Shown: in pieces, positions 1 through 6,820 of the stretch
Layout: every line of letters begins with the position of its first letter
Position numbering within the stretch: the stretch's first letter is position 1
Source: a bacterium
GTDB lineage: Bacteria > Desulfobacterota > DSWW01
Length of the DNA: 22,457 nucleotides
Direction: 5' to 3'
NCBI GenBank assembly: GCA_040756235.1
Contig: JBFLZG010000046.1
Span: 1 to 22,457 of the forward strand
Position numbers and translations under genes: made by a program
The notes under the pieces: model-generated
What the model was told of the DNA's origin: nothing
The model's database searches: none
What the model saw: only the letters and a program-made list of their open reading frames with translations

Positions 1-16
1 CGCCGTTCGCACGGTC

Positions 17-1927
17 TCATTCGTAGGAGAACGGCTTCTCCGGAGCGGGAGACTGCGGCTCGAAGGGGATCGTCAGGCTGTAGACCCCTCCCTCCAGGCG
101 CGCCCTGGCCGGCAGGCCTCCCTTCTCGATCACCTTCAACATCGGCTTGTTCTCGGCCAGGATGTCGGCCGTGAATCCTTTGATGCCGCGCTCTTTGGCC
201 AGCCGGGCAAGGAGCTTGTAGAGATAGGTGGCGATGCCCAAGCCCTGGTACGCTTCATCGACGACGAAGGCCAGGTCCGCGTACGGGCTGTCCGCCGGCT
301 GGACGTAACGCCCCTCGGCAACGACACGGCCGTCGCCCGCGACGCCCACGACCGACATGGCCTTGCGGTAATCGACGTTGACGTAGGACTGCATCCTCGA
401 GTGCGGCATGGCCTTGATCGGGCTGAAGTACCGATAGTACACGGCCTGATCGGAGAAACGGTAGAAGAGCCGGCGCATCTCCTCTTCGTCCGAAGGCTTG
501 AGCGCCCGGAAGGAGACCTCCACGCCCCCCTTGAACGTCTGCTGCGCGACGACGTCGGCCGGATACAGGCGCGCGGCATCCGCCAGGAAGATCTGATCTT
601 GGTAGAGGATCCTGTGGGCCTTGGCCTGCTCGACCAGCTCCGGCCGATCGTCCGGATGCGCCACGTCGATCAGCGCCTGCGCCCGCTCCCGCACGGTCCT
701 CCCCTGCAGATTGGCGAGCCCGTATTCGGTGACCACCAGGTTCACGGATTCCCGGAGACCGAACTGGTTGGGGAAGCTCTCCACGGAGATGCGGATGTTG
801 GGCTCCCCCTTGCGATTGCGGCTGGGGAGCGCGAACACGGTCCTGCCGCCTCGGGAGATCTCGGCACCGGTGAACAGGTCCACGGCATCCCCGGGTCCGG
901 CTGAGACGTTCCCCTTGCCGAAATGCAGGGCGATGCGGCCGGACAGGTCCACCTTGCGGGCCGGCAGCACGGCCACGAACTTGGGGTTCTGGCCGATCTG
1001 CATGGGACCGAACACCTTGTCGATCCCCTGAAACTCCACCAGGGGGTTGCGGTCGAGCCAGGCCATGAGCTCGCGCGTGCCGAACGCGTAGGAAGCCAGA
1101 GACTTCCCGCGGAAGATCTCCTTCTGCCGGTTCGTCACCGCGCCGCTCCGGATCACGTCCATCAGGGCGTCGGTGATGAACGGCGTGTGGACGCCCAGGT
1201 TGCGTTTCCGGACCAGGTGCCGGCTGAGGGCCTCGAACAACGGTCCGATGGAGAAGGCGAGGCAGCTCCCGTCCTCGATCACGGTCGCCACGTTGGCGGC
1301 CACCTGATCGAACACCTCGTCCACGGGCCACCTGGGGAAGAAGAGCAGCGGCTCGGTGGAGCGGACCAGGAAGTGGAAGTCCGAGACGTGCACGAAGGTG
1401 TCGCCAAAGGTCTGAGGCGATTCGGCGTTGATCTCGCCCACGATCAGAGCGGCTCTTTCCATGGCCTGCCGCGCCACGTCCACGGCGGCCCCCAGGCTGC
1501 AGTAACCCGCCTCGTTCGGAGGCGTGACCTGTACGAAGGCCGCATCGACCCCGATGCGGCCGGATTCGATCAGCCGGGGAATCTCGGAAAAACGGCTCGG
1601 GATCAGGTCCACCCGGCCTTCGTTGATGGCCTCGCTCGCCACCCAACCCGAGTAAAAGGTCTTCAAGCGGTATTTCAGGTGCGAGCGGATCGACTCGAAG
1701 GAGATGGCATCCCCGAGGCTCACGAGCTGGATGAGCTCGAGATCCTGAAGATTGAAGGCCTGGGACGCCATGAGCTGCTTGATCAGCGTGCGCGGCTCGG
1801 CGACGCCGGTGCCGAGGAAGATGCTCATCCCCGGCTCGATCTTCTCGAGCACCTCCTCGGGAGGTACGACCCTCTTTTCCCATTCCATCGGAGCGACTCC
1901 GCCCCCCCGGCGGCTCCTGCCTTTCAC
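17..1927 (-). CDS. Acetyl-CoA hydrolase/transferase-family domain fused to a C-terminal GNAT acetyltransferase
   Basis: Family I CoA-transferase-like motifs (DLIPSRFSEIP, GYCSLG, VVTEYG, RERAQALIDVAHPDDR). The C-terminal GNAT resembles Pat-type acetyltransferases (RALKPSDEE...YYRYFS; VDEAYQGLGIAT acetyl-CoA loop). The GTG start overlaps the upstream stop (GTGA); an alternative ATG is at 1888. Confidence 0.9.
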   Translation of the reverse strand: MKGRSRRGGGVAPMEWEKRVVPPEEVLEKIEPGMSIFLGTGVAEPRTLIKQLMASQAFNLQDLELIQLVSLGDAISFESIRSHLKYRLKTFYSGWVASEAINEGRVDLIPSRFSEIPRLIESGRIGVDAAFVQVTPPNEAGYCSLGAAVDVARQAMERAALIVGEINAESPQTFGDTFVHVSDFHFLVRSTEPLLFFPRWPVDEVFDQVAANVATVIEDGSCLAFSIGPLFEALSRHLVRKRNLGVHTPFITDALMDVIRSGAVTNRQKEIFRGKSLASYAFGTRELMAWLDRNPLVEFQGIDKVFGPMQIGQNPKFVAVLPARKVDLSGRIALHFGKGNVSAGPGDAVDLFTGAEISRGGRTVFALPSRNRKGEPNIRISVESFPNQFGLRESVNLVVTEYGLANLQGRTVRERAQALIDVAHPDDRPELVEQAKAHRILYQDQIFLADAARLYPADVVAQQTFKGGVEVSFRALKPSDEEEMRRLFYRFSDQAVYYRYFSPIKAMPHSRMQSYVNVDYRKAMSVVGVAGDGRVVAEGRYVQPADSPYADLAFVVDEAYQGLGIATYLYKLLARLAKERGIKGFTADILAENKPMLKVIEKGGLPARARLEGGVYSLTIPFEPQSPAPEKPFSYE

Positions 1928-2997
1928 TGCGTTCCTTGGTTTTCCCGATAATCTTTCCTGCCGGCTTCGACCGCGTGCTCGACCCCCAATTCCGGATGGA
2001 TGACGTATTGCCTGAGGATCGCCATGACCTCCACGGGCACGTCGAGCAGCTTGTTTCCTGCCAGGACGTAGAAAAACTTCTCCATCACATATTTTCCGGA
2101 GAAGATGAACGAAACGGTGACGCCGTGAGGGGGGGATTCGAGGTAGACGGCGGCGTTGTCCGAGCGCAGGATGAATCTCCCGGTGCGGGCGTTCTGCTCG
2201 ACGGCAACGATGCGCCGGTCGTCCCGGAAAACGACCTGATAGTAGTCCTCCATCGGGCCCGAATAGCCGGGAAAGGGCCGGACGCGGTAGCTTCTTCGAG
2301 TCAGCGTGCTCGCCGGGTCCAGGAGCACCTCCCAGTAGTGCGTCACGCGCGGGTTCGCCTTCTCGGGAGGGAAGCTGCGAAGCAGCTCCATGGTCTTCCC
2401 GGGGTCCGGGATCCCGGGGACGAGGAACCGGAGCTGAACGTAGCGGAGCTTCTGGCAGCCCTTATCGCATCCGCTGCACTCCTGGCCTTCGGACCCGATG
2501 CGGACCAGGTTCTCCTCCCGTTCGATGTAGCCGGCGATCATGCGGGGCGTCGGCTCGGCCGAAACGGACAGGCTCTTGCGCAGAATCCACCGCGCAAAGG
2601 GGTGCAACGGCGAGTTGTTGATCTCATGCGCTTTCACGTCCAGTTGCATCAGAAGCTCTTTCCAGCGGGAGACGAGCCCTCCGGAATCGCCGGCCTCCTT
2701 TCCGTTCAGGGCGAACAGGGCCTCGTAGGAAGCAACGAAATCGAGCTTCTGCAGGATGGACGGATCCGAGATGTCGGCCGCGAGCAGCTGGGAGGCGAGC
2801 TCGGTCAGATTCTTCAGCTGCGGCTCGCGCGCGGTGCCGTTGGCGCTCTCCGCATCCGCGAAAGCCTCCTGGAGCAATCTGTTGTACCGCTTGACGGCAT
2901 CCCTTTCGACCTCTCCCGTTTCGGCCGCCGCCGCCAAGGCGAGCAAGAGCAGGACGAAGACGGGAGAGATCCACAGGGCTTTGAAGCAATTCTTCAC
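1924..2997 (-). CDS. Hypothetical exported protein
   Basis: 357-aa ORF with a signal-peptide-like N-terminus (MKNCFK + hydrophobic stretch + AAAA). Its stop overlaps the next start by 4 bp. Contains a CSGCDKGC cluster. No family recognised. Confidence 0.65.
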   Translation of the reverse strand: MKNCFKALWISPVFVLLLLALAAAAETGEVERDAVKRYNRLLQEAFADAESANGTAREPQLKNLTELASQLLAADISDPSILQKLDFVASYEALFALNGKEAGDSGGLVSRWKELLMQLDVKAHEINNSPLHPFARWILRKSLSVSAEPTPRMIAGYIEREENLVRIGSEGQECSGCDKGCQKLRYVQLRFLVPGIPDPGKTMELLRSFPPEKANPRVTHYWEVLLDPASTLTRRSYRVRPFPGYSGPMEDYYQVVFRDDRRIVAVEQNARTGRFILRSDNAAVYLESPPHGVTVSFIFSGKYVMEKFFYVLAGNKLLDVPVEVMAILRQYVIHPELGVEHAVEAGRKDYRENQGTQ

Positions 2998-3239
2998 GTT
3001 CCCCTTCCCTTCCGGTCATCAGACGAAGGGAGACAGCTCATGCAAACGGCGGCCCCCTTCTTGTTCGTATCGCATGCGATGACGCGGGCCTAGCCCGACG
3101 GTCTCTTCGCCCTCTTGCGTGGCGCGTCAGGCTCCCGCTCGCGATCTGTCTATTCATATCATGCCTGACCCTCGGACGGGAAGGGCGGCGGTCGTCCTCC
3201 CGATCCGAAGAAAGCCCCTTTCCCCCCCCTCCCTCCTCA

Positions 3240-3267
3240 TTGACAATGTAATATTTTGTAGTACAAT
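3240..3267 (+). promoter_or_regulatory. Sigma70-type promoter (TTGACA-16 bp-TACAAT), probably producing a leaderless mRNA
   Basis: TTGACA at 3240-3245 and TACAAT at 3262-3267 in an AT-rich patch. The ATG at 3274 follows the -10 box after only 6 nt, with no Shine-Dalgarno sequence. Confidence 0.75.
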
Positions 3268-3273
3268 GGCACC

Positions 3274-3720
3274 ATGAGCAAGAAAAGCCGGAAATCGCAA
3301 AGCAAGCGGCAGGACCCGGCGACCGGAGAACGGGCGGGAAACGGCGCTTCGACGGACGAACGCAAGGACCGGGTGCTCCAGGCGAGAGTGCCTCATTCCC
3401 TTTACAGGGAGCTGGCTTCCCGGGCCCGCCGGCTGCGGGTGCCGGTTTCGAATCTGGTGCGCAACATCCTCGAGGACTCGACCCGCATGGTCGGGAACAT
3501 CCTGGACGGGAGCCTGGAAATCGCGGAAACCCTGGGCCGGGGCGCGGACCAAAGCGATCTCAAGTCCGTGCTCGGCTGGCAGACCATGACCGCCAACCGG
3601 CACCTGGCCTGCTCCAGTTGCGGCGGCCCGGTCCCCAAGGGGCAGGACGCGTACGTGAGCGTCGGTTCGCCCGACGGACGCACCCTCGTGATCTGCGAGA
3701 GTTGCAGATGCAAGCTTTAG
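3274..3720 (+). CDS. Ribbon-helix-helix (CopG-like) DNA-binding protein with a C-terminal Zn ribbon
   Basis: RVLQARVPHSLYRELASRARRLRVPVSNLVRNILED fits the RHH beta-alpha-alpha pattern. C-terminal CSSC...CESC pairs. Confidence 0.75.
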   Translation: MSKKSRKSQSKRQDPATGERAGNGASTDERKDRVLQARVPHSLYRELASRARRLRVPVSNLVRNILEDSTRMVGNILDGSLEIAETLGRGADQSDLKSVLGWQTMTANRHLACSSCGGPVPKGQDAYVSVGSPDGRTLVICESCRCKL

Positions 3721-4568
3721 ATGTGCTCGAGGCGGGCGCCTCGGCCGCCGGGAAGGTCGGGGCCGCGCTGGGGCGCCTGGTTGCCAAGGTGAACCCGGAC
3801 GTGTGGCGGGAGCTCGCCTACGTTTCCCTGTCCGCCTACTCTCTGGCCATGCCCCGGAAAGAGAAGGTCCTGCCCGGGCGTCCCGACGGATTCGCGCCCG
3901 TGGTTCTCGTGCACGGGCTTGGCGGCAACCGCGGGGCCTGGCTGCCGCTGAGGCTCTTCCTGCGGATGAACGGGCATCGCCGCGTATACGCGTTCTCTTA
4001 TGCTGCCGGCACCATCGAAGGCCACGCGGAAGCCCTGGCCGTCTTCGTCGACTCCGTGCTGGAGGCCACGGGCGAGAGGCAGGCGGACATCGTGGCGCAT
4101 TCCATGGGCGCGATCATATCCCGATACGCCATCCAGCGCCTGGGGCTCCGCGACAAGGTGCGGACCCTCGTCACCTTGGCCGCCATGCACCAGGGGACCT
4201 ATGCGGCTCACTATGCGAACACCCCTCTCACCCGTTCTCTGCGGCCCGAGAGCCCTCTCATTCAGGACCTCAACCGGGACGACCCCGAGTGCTATCCCCG
4301 ACGCTTCTTCTCCATCTGCACCGACTGTGACGTCTACGTCGTCCCGGCCGAATCGATGAGACATCCCTTTGCCGAGAACATATACCTGCCCCGGATTTCC
4401 CATGCCCAGCATCTGGTTTCACCCAAGGTGTTCCGGGTCGTGTCTTCGTTCCTGGAGCCGTGTGAAAACAGCGGCGCCATCGAGACCGGATCCCGGGCGG
4501 GCACGCTGCAGGACAAACCCACACCGACTTCAGGAGGCATGCCATGCTGTCCGACATCAAGAGACTGA
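3708..4568 (+). CDS. Alpha/beta-fold lipase/esterase
   Basis: PVVLVHG oxyanion motif, AHSMG nucleophile elbow, candidate catalytic Asp (DCDVYVVP) and His (ISHAQH). The ATG at 3708 overlaps the upstream gene end and is preferred over the track start at 3618. Confidence 0.85.
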   Translation: MQALDVLEAGASAAGKVGAALGRLVAKVNPDVWRELAYVSLSAYSLAMPRKEKVLPGRPDGFAPVVLVHGLGGNRGAWLPLRLFLRMNGHRRVYAFSYAAGTIEGHAEALAVFVDSVLEATGERQADIVAHSMGAIISRYAIQRLGLRDKVRTLVTLAAMHQGTYAAHYANTPLTRSLRPESPLIQDLNRDDPECYPRRFFSICTDCDVYVVPAESMRHPFAENIYLPRISHAQHLVSPKVFRVVSSFLEPCENSGAIETGSRAGTLQDKPTPTSGGMPCCPTSRD

Positions 4569-4843
4569 AAGACGCCGTGCAGGAGATCGTGGACAAGGGC
4601 GTCACTTCCGTGGAGCAGATCCACAAGTCGATCGCGGAGATCCCCTTCAAGCACCTCGAGCAGACCGCCCCGCCGCGGGTGAAGCCCTACGTGGAGCCGG
4701 TCAAGAACGCGCAGGACGCGATCGTCGGGGCCGTCTACGACGTGATCCGCAAAGTGAACCGCCAGGTCGGAGCGCTCGCCGACGAGGTCCTGCAGAAGGT
4801 CGGCAAGGCCGGTGAAGGGCAGCAGACGAATTCTTCGGCGTGA
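4544..4843 (+). CDS. Small amphipathic alpha-helical hypothetical protein
   Basis: 99 aa, good RBS (AGGAGG) before the ATG, strong GC3 bias, overlaps the lipase 3' end by 25 bp. Confidence 0.75.
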   Translation: MLSDIKRLKDAVQEIVDKGVTSVEQIHKSIAEIPFKHLEQTAPPRVKPYVEPVKNAQDAIVGAVYDVIRKVNRQVGALADEVLQKVGKAGEGQQTNSSA

Positions 4844-4857
4844 AGGATGTTGTCACC

Positions 4858-5592
4858 TCATCCGATCAGGACGGAGAGGCCTGCAAGAATGAGAACGGCG
4901 AACACGGCCATCCGAAAATGGACCTCGTTCACCCTGTGATGGAGCCTGTCGCCGATCACCAGCCCCAGCAGAACGAACGGCACGAGCCCGGAGACGAAGC
5001 GGAGCGTCTCCAGGGTGAGGCGTCCGGTGGCCAGATAGGACGCCGCAAGGACGCTGTTCGTCAGCATCCACAAGGAGGAGAGCGTGCTTCGAAACGCCGC
5101 CTTGGGGAGGTTGAAACGGCTGACGGCGTATACCGTCAAGGGCCCGCCTGACGCGAACACCCCCTGAACGATCCCGGCCGCCAGGATGTACAGGCGATAC
5201 TTCCAGGCAGACAGAAATGCCGGGTTGCCCCTGCCGGCCACCAGCCGGTACAGCTCGCGGCTGCACAGGAACACCACCAGCAGCCCCAGGGCCCGCTTGA
5301 GCGCTTCGCCGTGAACGAACTGGAAGACGGCGATCCCGGAGGCAAGCCCGAGCCCCATGAACGGGACGATGCCGCGCAGCAGGAGCCTGCCCTGGATCGA
5401 TTCCCGGTTCCTGGCGGCGATGTAGGCGCACAACAGAACGTCCACCGGCACCAGGGTGGCCAGCAGGAGCTCGACCGGATAGAGATGGCTTCCGAGAGTG
5501 ATCGCGATGATGAGGCTGCCGAAGCCGGTCATCGCCTGGATCGTGTAGGCGACCGTGGTGAACAGGGCCAGCAGGAGGAAGTGCGTGTCCAT
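4858..5592 (-). CDS. Sulfite exporter TauE/SafE family membrane protein
   Basis: Highly hydrophobic 244 aa with QAMTGFG and GVFASGGP motifs in two repeated halves. Confidence 0.88.
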   Translation of the reverse strand: MDTHFLLLALFTTVAYTIQAMTGFGSLIIAITLGSHLYPVELLLATLVPVDVLLCAYIAARNRESIQGRLLLRGIVPFMGLGLASGIAVFQFVHGEALKRALGLLVVFLCSRELYRLVAGRGNPAFLSAWKYRLYILAAGIVQGVFASGGPLTVYAVSRFNLPKAAFRSTLSSLWMLTNSVLAASYLATGRLTLETLRFVSGLVPFVLLGLVIGDRLHHRVNEVHFRMAVFAVLILAGLSVLIG

Positions 5593-5633
5593 CTTCTCCG
5601 CTCGAGCAGGCTCGGCCGGATGCTGCGGGCAAA

Positions 5634-5738
5634 GTCATTCCCGCGAACCCCGGATCAAAGTCCGGGGCAGGCGCGGGAATCCCTCTGCTCAGGGCGATCC
5701 CGGCTCACGGCCGCCCCGGCGGCCTGGCCGGGATGACG
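5634..5738. repeat. REP-like doublet (REPIN-like, GTCAT...ATGAC ends)
   Basis: Half A: ATTCCCGCG (5637-5645) pairs with CGCGGGAAT (5672-5680), with an inner CCCCGGA/TCCGGGG stem. Half B: ATCCCGGC (5697-5704) pairs with GCCGGGAT (5727-5734), with an inner GGCCGCC/GGCGGCC stem. Confidence 0.8.
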
Positions 5739-5758
5739 AACGATGACATACACCTTGA

Positions 5759-6565
5759 TCAGAGGACCTTGGCACGCCTCAGCATGCGGAAATAGAGGCC
5801 CGGAAGGAAGCGTCTCAAGTAGACGCCGAAGACAGGCGCACCCTTTCCCACCACTGCTTCCCGCCTGCCTTTTCGGACCGCCTCGAGCATCTCACGGGCG
5901 CATGCTTCCGGGGAGATGCCGGACGCGAGGAGCTCGCTCATCCTGCCGTACTTCTCACCGGTCCCGGTCAAGGCGTTGAAGCTGATCTTCGTGGCGACCG
6001 CGGCTGGGCAGATGATCGTGATGCGGATGTTGTCCGCCCAGATCTCTGCGCGCAGGGTGTCGAAAAAACCGACGAGCGCATGTTTCGCCGCGCAATAGGC
6101 GCTCCTCCAGGGCGCGGCCATGAGGCCCATGACGCTCGAGGTGACCACGATGTGGCCCCCTCGCCTGGCCAGCATGGAGGGCAGGACCGCCTTGGTCAGA
6201 GCGACGTGCCCGAAATAGTCCACGTCCATGATCCTGCGGTCGACCTCGAGCAGGGTGTTTCTGGCCAGGGCCCGGAACCCGATGCCCCCGTTGTTGAAGA
6301 GGATGTCCACACGCCCGAACAGGCCGAGGACCTCCTGCGCCTTGGCCGGGAGCGTGTGGTGCTCGGCCAGGTCGAGGGGCAGAGCCAAGTGGCGCGATGC
6401 GCCCGCCAGGCTGCGCCGGACCTCCTCCAGCGGCTCCGGCTCGTCGGACGAGAGGACGAGCTGCGCCCCGGCCTCGTCGAGCTTGCGCGCCAGCGCCTCG
6501 CCGATGCCCGACGAAGCGCCCGTGATCCAGACGATTTTGCCGCCGAAGTGCTGCTTGTTCTTCAT
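5759..6565 (-). CDS. Short-chain dehydrogenase/reductase (DHRS7-like SDR)
   Basis: TGASSGIG Rossmann motif, NNGG, catalytic S and YCAAK. ATG at 6565 preceded by GGAGG. Confidence 0.92.
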   Translation of the reverse strand: MKNKQHFGGKIVWITGASSGIGEALARKLDEAGAQLVLSSDEPEPLEEVRRSLAGASRHLALPLDLAEHHTLPAKAQEVLGLFGRVDILFNNGGIGFRALARNTLLEVDRRIMDVDYFGHVALTKAVLPSMLARRGGHIVVTSSVMGLMAAPWRSAYCAAKHALVGFFDTLRAEIWADNIRITIICPAAVATKISFNALTGTGEKYGRMSELLASGISPEACAREMLEAVRKGRREAVVGKGAPVFGVYLRRFLPGLYFRMLRRAKVL

Positions 6566-6632
6566 GGCCCCTCCAGGCTTTACGCATGGCCTGCGTATAC
6601 AACCTCGACCGGGGAAATGTCCAGCCGCAGGG

Positions 6633-6706
6633 CCGGCCAAGGCCGCGGCAGCGACCGCGCGCCGGGATCCCCCGAAGCAGGGATTCCCGCTTCCGCGGGA
6701 ATGACG
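6633..6706. repeat. Second, inverted copy of the REP-like doublet
   Basis: CCGGCCAAGGCCGC...GCCGGGATCC resembles the reverse complement of 5697-5738. It is followed by GGATTCCCGC-TTCC-GCGGGAATGACG (6681-6706). Confidence 0.75.
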
Positions 6707-6820
6707 ATTCCTTTTAAGATTGCAGCCGCCGCAAATCTAAACTGCCCCCTATTCTCTTCCGATACACACTGCTGAGGTTGCGGTCAGAGGAAGTTTCTCG
6801 AAAAGGGGCCGGTACGGAAA

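Noticed and set aside
3069..3080. 12-bp palindrome ATCGCATGCGAT
   Set aside because: Short and isolated; plausible by chance without conservation data.
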